Source: an uncultured Candidatus Saccharibacteria bacterium (lineage in GTDB: Bacteria > Patescibacteriota > Minisyncoccia > Portnoybacterales > UBA2143). Taken from it: 50,521 bases of DNA. The stretch is from assembly GCA_964565215.1 (NCBI GenBank), contig CAZMCO010000003.1, positions 1-50,521 on the forward strand. The letters are read 5' to 3'. Under the pieces are notes generated by a model. It was not told the DNA's origin. It searched no databases and saw only the letters and a list, made by a program, of their open reading frames with translations. The position numbers and the translations under genes are program-made. Of this stretch, positions 9,389-19,210 are shown piece by piece. Each line of letters starts with the position of its first letter. Positions within the stretch are counted from its first letter, which is position 1.

Positions 9389-10075
9389 ATGTATAAAAGA
9401 CAAAATGAATTAAAAAAAATAATTTTAGCAAAAGGCTGTTACGACAAAGAAGAAAATTTAAGGATTTATAATAAATTTTTTAAAGATTGGTTCAATAATC
9501 ATAATTATATTTATAACAAGTTTAAAATTAAAGATTCATTTAGAATTTTGGATATCGGCTGCGGTCCTGGACATAATCTAATTCATTTTAGTCAAGATTC
9601 TGTGGGGATAGAAATTAATGATTATATGATAGATTTTGGGAGAAATTTAGGGATAAATATTATCAGAGCGAATGTGGAAGATAATTTACCCACAATTAAT
9701 GGGAGATTTGATTTGATTTGGTGTACTGATTTTTTAATTCATCTGGTTAGCCCTTTTAGATTTTTATTTAAAATCAGAAAGTATTTTGATGACGACAGCC
9801 GTTTAGTTATTCAAATTCCTAAGATTTCTATTTTTAAAACTCATGAAAGTCCGGAACATTTTTACGCATTTAATAAGGAAGATTTATCTTATTTATTAAG
9901 GATATCTGGCTACAAAATAATTGATTTTTCCGGTTATATTAGAACAAAACCAAATTATTTAAATAAAATTCTTGAGCCATTACTTCAAAAATTCGGTCCC
10001 AATATTTGGATTTTGGCTAAAAAAGATAAATATTCAGGCATTACAGATAAAACGTTTTTACCATCTTGGTTTTAA
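9389..10075 (+). CDS. Class I SAM-dependent methyltransferase
   Basis: SAM-binding motif I, ILDIGCGPGHN, followed by FDLIWCTDFLIHL. Confidence 0.75.
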   Translation: MYKRQNELKKIILAKGCYDKEENLRIYNKFFKDWFNNHNYIYNKFKIKDSFRILDIGCGPGHNLIHFSQDSVGIEINDYMIDFGRNLGINIIRANVEDNLPTINGRFDLIWCTDFLIHLVSPFRFLFKIRKYFDDDSRLVIQIPKISIFKTHESPEHFYAFNKEDLSYLLRISGYKIIDFSGYIRTKPNYLNKILEPLLQKFGPNIWILAKKDKYSGITDKTFLPSWF

Positions 10076-10077
10076 AT

Positions 10078-11538
10078 ATGCCTAAAGTTTTATTGATTAA
10101 CCCCCCTTTTAATATTAGTAAGGCAAACTACGAAACGAGTATTTCAGTCGGGCTTTTGTCTTTGGCTTCTTATTTAGACCAGCAAGGTATTGAAGTAAAA
10201 ATTATTGATGCTATTCGTCAGAAGAATTATTTAGAATTGATTCAACAAGAGTTGCCCAAAGTTGATTTAGTTGGTTTGTCAGTAATGACTATGCAGGTTA
10301 GTTCCGCTTTAAAAATATCAAAATTAATCAAAGATTTTAAGCCGCAAATACCAATTGTCTGGGGCGGTGTTCAGCCAACTCTTTTTCCCGAACAGGTAGT
10401 CAGCCATCCCTTAATTGATATAGCTGTCTTTGGCGAAGGAGAACAAACATTATTAGATTTAGTTCAGACAATTAGAAATAAAGGTGATTTGAAAAGTATT
10501 CCCGGCCTTGCTTTTCAAAAAAAAGGAAAAGTTGTTGTTAATAGGAAAAGGTCATTTTTAAAAATGAATGATTTGCCTTTGTCTAAATGGTCTTTAATGC
10601 CTAAGGAGGTTTTAGAGGATATTATCCTAATTCCTACTCATACTAGCCGGGGCTGTCCTCATCAATGCGCTTTTTGTATTAATTCTATCACCAATAATTT
10701 CTGGCGGGGTTACTCCCCAGAAAAAGTTTTAGAGGGTTTAGAAAAAATTAAGCAGCTTTCCTATTTCCAAGATAAACCAATGCGCTTTTGGGATGAGAAT
10801 TTTTTTACTGACATCCCAAGAGCTAAAGCAATTATTGAAGGGATGATTGAAAGAAAACTGGATAGACCATGGGAAACCACTGTCCGAGTAGATTATATTA
10901 GAGAAGGAATGATTGATGATAATTTTTTAAACCTTTTAAAAAAATCTGGTTGTTATCTTTTATCTTATGGCGGCGAATCCGGTTCAGAAATTGTTTTAAA
11001 AAAAATCAATAAAGGCATTAAACCAGAGCAAATTATTTATTCGGCTAAGCAGACCTTAAAATATGATATTATTCCTCAATATTCCTTTATGGTTGGCTTG
11101 CCCGGCGAGGAGCCAGCTGACATTAAGAAAACTATTCAAATAATTGACCAGTTGACTGACTTGAGCCCGCAAATTCAAATTTTGGGACCACAGGCCTTTC
11201 GGCCTTATCCTGGTTCAATTCTTTATCAGGAGTGTCTCTTGAGCGGCTGGTCAGCTCCTCAATCATTAACTGACTGGGCTAAGGCAGTTAAAGACGAATT
11301 AAATTTTTTATCGCCGCGTAATTTTCCTTGGGTTAAAGATATTGACTTAGTTGAATCATTAGAGGCCTATGTCAGATTTGGCGCTCATACGATTAAGAGC
11401 GCTCTTGACTCAACCGTTAAGACAAATAAGATATTTAAGCTGCTTTTTATTTTATTATGTCAGCTAAGATGGAAATTAAAATTCTTTAAATGGCCGATAG
11501 AGTTTAGAATAGCTAAAAAAGCAGTTACTAAAATATGA
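10078..11538 (+). CDS. B12-binding-domain radical SAM enzyme (class B rSAM, COG1032-like)
   Basis: N-terminal Rossmann/B12-like domain (VLLINPP...GLSVMT...PIVWGG) and the CX3CX2C cluster motif HTSRGCPHQCAFCIN. The ATG at 10078 is preferred over the TTG at 10066 used in the ORF track. Paralog of 13662-15173. Confidence 0.85.
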   Translation: MPKVLLINPPFNISKANYETSISVGLLSLASYLDQQGIEVKIIDAIRQKNYLELIQQELPKVDLVGLSVMTMQVSSALKISKLIKDFKPQIPIVWGGVQPTLFPEQVVSHPLIDIAVFGEGEQTLLDLVQTIRNKGDLKSIPGLAFQKKGKVVVNRKRSFLKMNDLPLSKWSLMPKEVLEDIILIPTHTSRGCPHQCAFCINSITNNFWRGYSPEKVLEGLEKIKQLSYFQDKPMRFWDENFFTDIPRAKAIIEGMIERKLDRPWETTVRVDYIREGMIDDNFLNLLKKSGCYLLSYGGESGSEIVLKKINKGIKPEQIIYSAKQTLKYDIIPQYSFMVGLPGEEPADIKKTIQIIDQLTDLSPQIQILGPQAFRPYPGSILYQECLLSGWSAPQSLTDWAKAVKDELNFLSPRNFPWVKDIDLVESLEAYVRFGAHTIKSALDSTVKTNKIFKLLFILLCQLRWKLKFFKWPIEFRIAKKAVTKI

Positions 11539-12671
11539 GAATTTTAATGATTAGTTTAGATAGGACTTTATTAGGCACTGATTATAGCGGTGATGTTTTA
11601 GAACGTCACCAAGAATATGCTGAAAAAGCAGGTAGTTTAGATATTATTATTATGTCTAAAAAAAGATTCAAGAGAAGAAAAATTAGTCCTCAATTAACTA
11701 TTTATCCAACTAATTCTTCAACTAAGCTAAAGTATATTTTTGATGCTTTTAGAATAGCTAAAGAGATTTATTGGCCAGATAAGTTTGATTTAACAGTTAG
11801 CCAAGATCCTTTTTTAACCGGCTTGACTGGCTGGTTAATAAAAAAGAGATTTAAAGTCCCTCTGCTTATCCATTTTCACGGTGATTTTTGGCAGAACAAA
11901 TATTGGCTTTTAGAAAAAAGAAGATGGTGGTTTAATTGGTTTTTTCTTATTCTAAGCAAGTTTTTAGTTGATGGAGCCGATGGTCTTCGGGTAGTCAGTT
12001 CAGGAGTTAGAGATAAATTAGTTAAGGGAGGCGTTGATAAGAAAAAAATCAGAATCATTCCCACGCCGGTTAATTTAGATAAGTTTATTTATTGTAATCC
12101 AGAAGAAGTTAGAAAATTTAGAAAAAAGCATCAAAATAGAAAGACGATTATTAACGTTGGGCGTCAGGATCCATCTAAAGATTATTCAACTTTATATAAA
12201 GCGACTGTTTTAATTTATAGCGATTACAAAAGATTGGTTTTTTGGCAGGTGGGAAACAAAGATTATCTTCCAGAGAAAATAAAGACAGATGAAAATTTAA
12301 TATTAATCTCAAGCGGCAGAATTAAACAAAAAGAATTAGTTAATTATTATCATGCGGCCGATGTTTATGTTTCCTCTTCAAAACACGAAAGTTTTGGCAA
12401 GGTTTTAATAGAGGCCATGGCCGCCGGGCTGCCTGTGGTAGCTACAGCGACAACTGGTTCTCAAGAAATTATAAAAGACGGCCTAAATGGATTTTTAGTG
12501 CCCATTGGTGACAGTCAGGCCTTGGCTCGGAAAATTTTGTATTTATTAAATAATCCAGCCAAAGCCAAAGAAATGGGAGAAAACGGGCGACAGATGGTTA
12601 AAGAAAGATTTGACCAGCAGAAAATTATTAAAAAAATTATTGATTTTTGGCAAGATTTATGCGCTTATTAA
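11535..12671 (+). CDS. Glycosyltransferase, GT4 family
   Basis: SSSKHESFGKVLIEAMAAGLPVVATATTGSQEI. ATGA overlap with the upstream rSAM gene. Confidence 0.85.
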   Translation: MRILMISLDRTLLGTDYSGDVLERHQEYAEKAGSLDIIIMSKKRFKRRKISPQLTIYPTNSSTKLKYIFDAFRIAKEIYWPDKFDLTVSQDPFLTGLTGWLIKKRFKVPLLIHFHGDFWQNKYWLLEKRRWWFNWFFLILSKFLVDGADGLRVVSSGVRDKLVKGGVDKKKIRIIPTPVNLDKFIYCNPEEVRKFRKKHQNRKTIINVGRQDPSKDYSTLYKATVLIYSDYKRLVFWQVGNKDYLPEKIKTDENLILISSGRIKQKELVNYYHAADVYVSSSKHESFGKVLIEAMAAGLPVVATATTGSQEIIKDGLNGFLVPIGDSQALARKILYLLNNPAKAKEMGENGRQMVKERFDQQKIIKKIIDFWQDLCAY

Positions 12672-13672
12672 TGATTACCAGAAAAGTAGATTATAGAGAT
12701 GCCTCGCCAGCTGGCTTTACTTATAATTGGGTAAAAAAAATAGGTCAGAGATTAGAAAAACTCTATGTTATTACTTGGCAGGAAAGTAATCAAGGAAATT
12801 TACCAAAAAATATTGAAATAGAATTTTTGTCGGGCAATAAATTTAAGAAGATTTTTGCTCTTTGGATAAAACTGTTAAAAATTTTACCCAGGGTTGACGG
12901 AATATTCTGCCATCAGAACCCAGAATATACTATTTTAGCTGCTCCTTATGCTAAATTATTTAGAAAAAGATTAATTAGCTGGTATACCCATAAAGCAGTA
13001 AATTGGAAATTGTCTTTAGTTAATTTATTAGCTGATAAAATATTAACTGCTTCAGAAGAGAGCTGTCGTTTGAAAAATAGAAAAAAGATTAAGGTAACCG
13101 GACATGGAATTGATGTGGATTATTTTAAGAATTATGAAGCAAAGACAAAAAATAAAGAAAAATTCAAGATTATTTCTGTCGGCCGAATCTCGCTAACTAA
13201 GGACTACGAAACTTTAATAAAGGCAGTTAGTAATATAAAAAATATTGAAGTTGAGATTATTGGCGGGCCGGTTTTAAAAAAAGATAAAGAATATTTTCAA
13301 AATTTAAAGCAGTTGGCCGGGAATATTAAGTTTTTAGGCCCAATATCTCATAATCAAATACTGCCTTATTATCAAAATTGCGATTTATTTATTAATTTAA
13401 GTCAGACCGGCAGTGTTGATAAGGCAGTTTTAGAAGCTATGGCCTGCCAGAGATTAGTTTTGACTTCTAATGAGGCCTTTATTGATATTGTTGGCAGAGA
13501 TTTGATGTTTGAAGAAAAAAATCCGCCAGCTTTAGCTGAAAAAGTTAAGTGGCTAATGAATTTGTCTCAAGAAGAAAAAGAAAGAATCGGTCAACGATTA
13601 AGAAATGAAGTAGTCAAAAATCATAATTTAGATAATTTAGTTAGAAAAATAGTTAGTTTTTATGAAAAATAA
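12659..13672 (+). CDS. Glycosyltransferase, GT4-like
   Basis: C-terminal GT-B half, with GRISLTKDYETLIKA and SQTGSVDKAVLEAMACQRLVLTS. The ATG at 12659 (MRLLMITRK) is preferred over the TTG at 12647; the ATG at 12671 is also possible. Confidence 0.7.
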   Translation: MRLLMITRKVDYRDASPAGFTYNWVKKIGQRLEKLYVITWQESNQGNLPKNIEIEFLSGNKFKKIFALWIKLLKILPRVDGIFCHQNPEYTILAAPYAKLFRKRLISWYTHKAVNWKLSLVNLLADKILTASEESCRLKNRKKIKVTGHGIDVDYFKNYEAKTKNKEKFKIISVGRISLTKDYETLIKAVSNIKNIEVEIIGGPVLKKDKEYFQNLKQLAGNIKFLGPISHNQILPYYQNCDLFINLSQTGSVDKAVLEAMACQRLVLTSNEAFIDIVGRDLMFEEKNPPALAEKVKWLMNLSQEEKERIGQRLRNEVVKNHNLDNLVRKIVSFYEK

Positions 13673-15173
13673 AATATTATTAATTTATCCTAAATTTCAT
13701 AAAGTTGATTTTGATGCTAAAAGTTATCCGCTGGGTATTTTAACCATCGGCACTTTATTAAAAGAACAAGGTTATCAGGTGAAATTGATTGATTTTTTAA
13801 TAGAAAGTAATCCTTTAGATATATTAAAAAAAGAATTGGATGAAGATGTTTTATGTGCTGGTCTTTCAGTGATGACGCCGCAAATTCCTCATGCCTTAAA
13901 AATCAGTCAGCTAATCAAGGATTTTGATAAAAATATTCCCATAATTTGGGGAGGCATCCATCCGACACTTTTTCCAGAGCAGGTGATAGCTAATCCATTG
14001 ATAGATTTTTTAATTAAAAGCGAAGGAGAGCTTTCTTTTCCTAAATTATTAAAATTCTTTCAAGGCAAAGGCAATTTAGAAAACATTACTGGTCTGGTTT
14101 ATAAAAAAAATAATCAGATTTTTCAGAATCAAGGAAGAGAGTTAATAGATCTTAATGATTTGCCGATTTTGAGTTATGGTTTACTTTCGCCAAAAACACT
14201 GAAGTTTGATTCAGTTATTCTAAATACCAGCCGGGGCTGCCCTTATCGCTGTACTTTTTGTGTTAATACGGCTTTGGATAATCGCCGTTGGCGATTCCAA
14301 AAACCTGATAAAGTTTTAGAGGAATTGGACTATATTATTAATAAGCTCGGTTATAAAAAATTAAAATTTCAAGAAGATAATTTTTTTGTTAATCAAGAGA
14401 GAGTTTCAGAAATTTTAGAGGGGATTAAACAGAAAGGTTTAAAATTTAGATGGGTAACCAATTGTCGGGTTGATTATTTTAGAGATGATTATATTAACGA
14501 CCAATTTTTAGAAAAATTAAAGGAAAGCGGCTGTTATAAACTAATGTTTGGAGCTGAATCTGGTTCTCAAAGGGTTTTGGATTTTTTAAAAAAAGATATT
14601 ACTATTAGTCAGATTATTAAATCAGCTAAGCTCTGTCAAAGGTATGGTATTAGAGCCAATTATTCATTTATGACTGCTTTGCCCACTGAAACTAAAGCAG
14701 AGAGAATTAAAACTTTAAAATTGATCGATAAATTATTAGCTATTGGTCAATCAATTGAAATTATTAGTCCTCAACCTTATCGACCTTATCCAGGAGATGA
14801 ATTAGCTCAAAAATGTGAAAAGATGGGTTATAAATTTCCTGATAGATTAGAGGACTGGCCAAAAGTGGTGGCTAAATCTTTAGATAGCAGTTCAAGTAAT
14901 TTGGAAGATTTTCCTTGGGTTAAATCTCCTAGTCAAATCAGATTACAAAGAGTTTGTTCGATTATTGTTACCAGTCGCAAAAAGATAGGAGATTATCTAA
15001 AAAAATACCCGCTTTATTTGTCACCTTTAATAATACCTTTTTATTTATTTGAGAAGTTAAGATGGAAATTAAAATTTTTTAGCCTGCCTTTTGAATATTC
15101 TTTATTTATTAATCTTTACTGGCTGACTCAAAAATTAAGAAAAAATCGTTTATTCGGAGCAATTAAAAATTAA
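13662..15173 (+). CDS. B12-binding-domain radical SAM enzyme (class B rSAM)
   Basis: GLSVMTPQ...PIIWGGIHPTLFPEQV in the N-domain and NTSRGCPYRCTFCVN (CX3CX2C). It shares the C-terminal LRWKLKFF motif with 10078-11538. Confidence 0.85.
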   Translation: MKNKILLIYPKFHKVDFDAKSYPLGILTIGTLLKEQGYQVKLIDFLIESNPLDILKKELDEDVLCAGLSVMTPQIPHALKISQLIKDFDKNIPIIWGGIHPTLFPEQVIANPLIDFLIKSEGELSFPKLLKFFQGKGNLENITGLVYKKNNQIFQNQGRELIDLNDLPILSYGLLSPKTLKFDSVILNTSRGCPYRCTFCVNTALDNRRWRFQKPDKVLEELDYIINKLGYKKLKFQEDNFFVNQERVSEILEGIKQKGLKFRWVTNCRVDYFRDDYINDQFLEKLKESGCYKLMFGAESGSQRVLDFLKKDITISQIIKSAKLCQRYGIRANYSFMTALPTETKAERIKTLKLIDKLLAIGQSIEIISPQPYRPYPGDELAQKCEKMGYKFPDRLEDWPKVVAKSLDSSSSNLEDFPWVKSPSQIRLQRVCSIIVTSRKKIGDYLKKYPLYLSPLIIPFYLFEKLRWKLKFFSLPFEYSLFINLYWLTQKLRKNRLFGAIKN

Positions 15174-15181
15174 AAATTTTA

Positions 15182-16654
15182 ATGTTTGAAGATTTTTTAA
15201 AACAAGCAGCAGAATATTTAAACACTAATCAATATTGTCAAAAGCACAAAATAGAACACACCGGCAAAAATATTTATGCAGTTGATTTTTACTCTTGTTT
15301 AGGCGAATTAGAAAAAGCCAAAGAATTAATATTAAAGACAATTAAAAAAATAACCAAGGATGGAAAATCTTGGATTTTTTATCCAGGCCGACTTAATCCT
15401 TATAATAAATCTAATAACGTAGTTGATTGCGGAGCAATAGTGGATTCTATATCTAATTTTTTGAAAAAACATAAAAATATTTTTACAAAAGATGAGCTGA
15501 ATAAAGTAGAAAATGCTTTGAAAAGAGTAGTTTATACTTATTTAATTAAGGCAGCAGTCTATAAGCCGGTAACCAACCAAAGATTATGGGGATTAACCGG
15601 TCTGGCTTCTTATTATGATTATTCAAAAGACAGTCAGTTATTGCCTTTAATTGAAAAATCAGTAGAAATATCTCTTGACGAAATGACCAAAGATGGATTT
15701 TTTATATATTATCTAAAGGCTCAAGTAGATAATTCTTTCGGCGGTTATAGCGGACTGACTACTTATTATCAATCGCGGTGTGCTGCTTTCTTGTATTATA
15801 TTATTGAGAAAGCCGATCTTGATTTAAATATTTACCAAGATAAATTAGAGAAAAGCATAGAAGCTTTATTGGCTATGTATAAAAAAGAAGGTTATAAGGA
15901 TTTGAGTTTAGAATGTAAAAAATGGTATTGGTTAAGTGATTACGAAGTGACTTCTAATGCTTTTGATATCTATGCTTTATCAAAATCAAATAATCCTTTG
16001 GCCAGACAAGTATTAAATAATTCCTTGTTTCAGATTAAAAATCACTTTTATAATGGATATTTACATTCAGATAAAGGAATTAATCTTAATTTCCAATGTC
16101 ATCTTTTTTGGAATGCTCATTTGGCTTGGCTAATCAGAGTTGCTGATATCAAAAAAATATGGGATAAAGTAGAGGACTTAAAAGAAATTGATTTTAATAT
16201 GAGATTAGACAAAGTAATTAATATTTCTGGCAATAATTACCAAGTTATTTTAAATAATTTTTGGCAACCTAGAAATTTTATTGTTGGTATATCAAAGAAC
16301 GGTTTGCCAAATTTATCTAATAAGAAATTTTTTAAATTTAAATTTATTCATCCTAAAAAAAATATTCTCAAAGCGATTAAAGAAAATCTGTATCATATTA
16401 AAGTTGCCTTTCATGGAGCAAATTCTATAGAAGGATTCTACAGATTTTTTTGGATGTTCAAAGAAATCTTTATTTCTTTTGTGCCGATATATCAATTAAA
16501 GTACGGTCAGATTAGTAAATTTAATTGGAATGATAATGAATTAAATTTTAAAGTAATTCCGGCAACCAAATTCGGTATTTTATTAAAAGACGTTGTTTAT
16601 CATATTAAATTTATTTTTAATAGAGATAATTATCAGGTAATTATAAATAAATGA
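15182..16654 (+). CDS. Hypothetical protein, helix-rich, possibly alpha/alpha-toroid-like; function unknown
   Basis: 490-aa ORF in operon context. I recognise no catalytic motif. The periodic aromatic/Leu-rich helices (NQRLWGLTGLASYYDY, YYQSRCAAFLYYII, FWNAHLAWLIRV) only weakly suggest a six-hairpin fold. Confidence 0.5.
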   Translation: MFEDFLKQAAEYLNTNQYCQKHKIEHTGKNIYAVDFYSCLGELEKAKELILKTIKKITKDGKSWIFYPGRLNPYNKSNNVVDCGAIVDSISNFLKKHKNIFTKDELNKVENALKRVVYTYLIKAAVYKPVTNQRLWGLTGLASYYDYSKDSQLLPLIEKSVEISLDEMTKDGFFIYYLKAQVDNSFGGYSGLTTYYQSRCAAFLYYIIEKADLDLNIYQDKLEKSIEALLAMYKKEGYKDLSLECKKWYWLSDYEVTSNAFDIYALSKSNNPLARQVLNNSLFQIKNHFYNGYLHSDKGINLNFQCHLFWNAHLAWLIRVADIKKIWDKVEDLKEIDFNMRLDKVINISGNNYQVILNNFWQPRNFIVGISKNGLPNLSNKKFFKFKFIHPKKNILKAIKENLYHIKVAFHGANSIEGFYRFFWMFKEIFISFVPIYQLKYGQISKFNWNDNELNFKVIPATKFGILLKDVVYHIKFIFNRDNYQVIINK

Positions 16655-17799
16655 AACTTATTTACATCGCTAATATTAGATTGCCAACTGAAAAAGCGCA
16701 TGGCCTTCAGATAATGAAGATGTGTCAGGCCTTTGCTTTAGCTGGTTTGGAAATGGAGTTAATAGTGCCTTGGCGGTTTAATAAAATTAAAAAAGACCCT
16801 TTTGATTATTATGGGGTCAAGAAAAATTTTAAAATTAGAAAATTACCCTCTTTGGATTTAATTCCTTTGTCTATTCCTTATTTTGGATTCTGGATTCAAA
16901 ATATAACCTTTTCCCTAGCTGTCTTTTTTTATCTTCTTTTTAAAAAAACAGATTATATTTATTCGCGAGACCTGTTTTCTTTATGGATTTTGAGCTTTTT
17001 TAAGAAAAATCTTATTTACGAAGCTCATTATTTTCCCAAACATTTTTGGCTTTATCAAGGTAGCTTGAACAGAATCAAGGGATTAATAGTTATCACTCGA
17101 AAATTAAAGAGACTTTACCAAAAGAAAGGAATTACTCAAGAGAAAATTTTAGTTGCTCCTGATGGAGTTGATTTAGAGGAATTTAATATTAAAAAATCCA
17201 AAGAAGAATGCCGTAGAAAATTGAATTTACCTTTGGATAAGAAAATAATTGGTTATGTTGGTCAATTAAAAACTATGGGCATAGAAAAAGGTATTGCTGA
17301 TTTAATTAAAGCAATGAGAACAGTTAAACATACACTTTGTTTGGTGGGTAGCCAAAATTTTGATGAGTATAAAAAATTGGCTAAAGGGGTAGATATTATT
17401 TTTGTCGGGCAAGTTCAGCACAAGTTTATTCCTTGTTATCTAAAAAGTTTTGATGTTTTGGTGATGCCTTTCCCCTGGACCGAACATTATGCTTTTTATA
17501 TGTCTCCGCTGAAAATGTTTGAGTATATGGCGGCTCAAAAGCCAATTGTTGCTTCTGATTTACCATCAATTAGAGAGATTCTTAACGAAAATAATGCTAT
17601 TTTAGTTAAGCCAGATAGTCCCGATGATCTAGCTAAGGGCATTGAGCAATCATTGAAAAAACCTGATTTTTCTGCTAAAATCTCAAGACAGGCCTATCAA
17701 GATGTCCAAGGACATACTTGGGTCAAGAGGACTGGGAGTATCTATAAATTTATATTTTGTATTATTAGAGAGAAGGTAAAAAGAAGATTAAACAAATAA
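16651..17799 (+). CDS. Glycosyltransferase, GT4-like
   Basis: N-terminal IRLPTEKAHGLQIMKM and C-terminal MSPLKMFEYMAAQKPIVASDLPSIREI. ATGA overlap upstream. Confidence 0.75.
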   Translation: MKLIYIANIRLPTEKAHGLQIMKMCQAFALAGLEMELIVPWRFNKIKKDPFDYYGVKKNFKIRKLPSLDLIPLSIPYFGFWIQNITFSLAVFFYLLFKKTDYIYSRDLFSLWILSFFKKNLIYEAHYFPKHFWLYQGSLNRIKGLIVITRKLKRLYQKKGITQEKILVAPDGVDLEEFNIKKSKEECRRKLNLPLDKKIIGYVGQLKTMGIEKGIADLIKAMRTVKHTLCLVGSQNFDEYKKLAKGVDIIFVGQVQHKFIPCYLKSFDVLVMPFPWTEHYAFYMSPLKMFEYMAAQKPIVASDLPSIREILNENNAILVKPDSPDDLAKGIEQSLKKPDFSAKISRQAYQDVQGHTWVKRTGSIYKFIFCIIREKVKRRLNK

Positions 17800-19206
17800 A
17801 TGTATTTTTTTAAAAAATATAGACTTCTATTTTCTCTTGGGCTTTTGGTGTTTTTTAGCATTTTATTATGGGGGCATACTTCCTTTAACACCGCTCCTAA
17901 AAGCGATGGAGAATATTATAATCAAATTGCCCTTAATTTAATCGAAAAACATAGGTTTATTTATGAAATAGATAATGCGGTTATTGAACCAGCCTACCCG
18001 GTTTTTATAAGTTTTATTTATTTGATTTTTGACAGAAATAGTTACGATATGGTACGTATTGCACAAATTCTTCTTTTATTTTTTTCCACACTTTTCGTTT
18101 ATTTGATCGCTAAAAGAATCTTTGACGAAAAAACAGCCACTTTGACAAGTTTAGCTGTGGCTATTTTTTACGGCTTTGCGATTTCGGCTGTAAAATTTAA
18201 CAGAGAAATACTCATATTGTTTTTTATCGTTCTTTTGGTTTATTTTTTAACTGAATCTTTTTTTAGACGGAACGGCAAATGGTTCTTTTCTTCGGGGGTA
18301 ATAGTGGGTATACTTGCTTTGTCTGATGTCATAACCCAGTTTTTAATTATTCCGCTTTTGGTCCTATTGTTGCTTTTGCTTTTTAAAAAAACGTCTTTTA
18401 TGAGAGCGGTTTTTCTATGTTTTTTGATGTTTGTTGGTTTTTCTATGATCGCGGGTTCTTGGAGTTTAGCTAATAATGTTTTAATGGATACTTACTCCTT
18501 GACACCTCGCGATGGCGATGCACTTTTTGCCAGAGTATCTATAATGGAAAGAGTTTCTGAAAACTATTTTGCATATTTTGTCGGACATACTTTTGGTTAT
18601 TATTTTACCGATATTTTTTATCCAGAAACAGATTTGTTGGCTTATAGAGATTTTTCGGGAGTAATTAATAGAAAGTTAGAATTGGCTGGAGAGGGTTATT
18701 CTGCGGCAGAGGCAAACGGCATTATGCGACGCGAGGGACTCGAAAAAATTGCTAACCAGCCGTATAAATATTTTGCTATGACTGTTTTGGACTTTATCGC
18801 TTTTAATAATCCTATCATACCTTATAAATACGAGAATGGCCTTTGGGGCAATAGTCGAATTTATATGACATTTGTTGGTAGTGGACATAAAGGATTAGAC
18901 GGGCTTATAAAAACGTTTGCAATTTTATTAATAAGAGCCGCCTGGTTTATGTTTTTTCTTTTAGCATTTTACGGATTTGTAAAAAAACGTTTGGCTTGGC
19001 GTAAATTCGCCGTTATTTTACTTATTATTTTTTATTTTAATTTGACCTATAGCATGGTTCATGCGATACCACGTTACGCTTTGCCTATCTATCCTCTATA
19101 TATAATGTTTTTTGTTGTAGGATTTATAGCGCTTATTGATAAATTACCTCTGTGTAGTAAATTATCAAATAATATTTTAAGCAAGCTAAATCCGGCAATA
19201 AAATAA
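17800..19206 (+). CDS. GT-C fold membrane glycosyltransferase (ArnT/PMT, GT39/GT83-like)
   Basis: About 10-12 TM helices. The first extracytoplasmic loop carries an acidic-aromatic motif, SDGEYYNQIALNL, after TM1, which is typical of the ArnT/PMT_2 family. Confidence 0.65.
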   Translation: MYFFKKYRLLFSLGLLVFFSILLWGHTSFNTAPKSDGEYYNQIALNLIEKHRFIYEIDNAVIEPAYPVFISFIYLIFDRNSYDMVRIAQILLLFFSTLFVYLIAKRIFDEKTATLTSLAVAIFYGFAISAVKFNREILILFFIVLLVYFLTESFFRRNGKWFFSSGVIVGILALSDVITQFLIIPLLVLLLLLLFKKTSFMRAVFLCFLMFVGFSMIAGSWSLANNVLMDTYSLTPRDGDALFARVSIMERVSENYFAYFVGHTFGYYFTDIFYPETDLLAYRDFSGVINRKLELAGEGYSAAEANGIMRREGLEKIANQPYKYFAMTVLDFIAFNNPIIPYKYENGLWGNSRIYMTFVGSGHKGLDGLIKTFAILLIRAAWFMFFLLAFYGFVKKRLAWRKFAVILLIIFYFNLTYSMVHAIPRYALPIYPLYIMFFVVGFIALIDKLPLCSKLSNNILSKLNPAIK

Positions 19207-19210
19207 TTAT

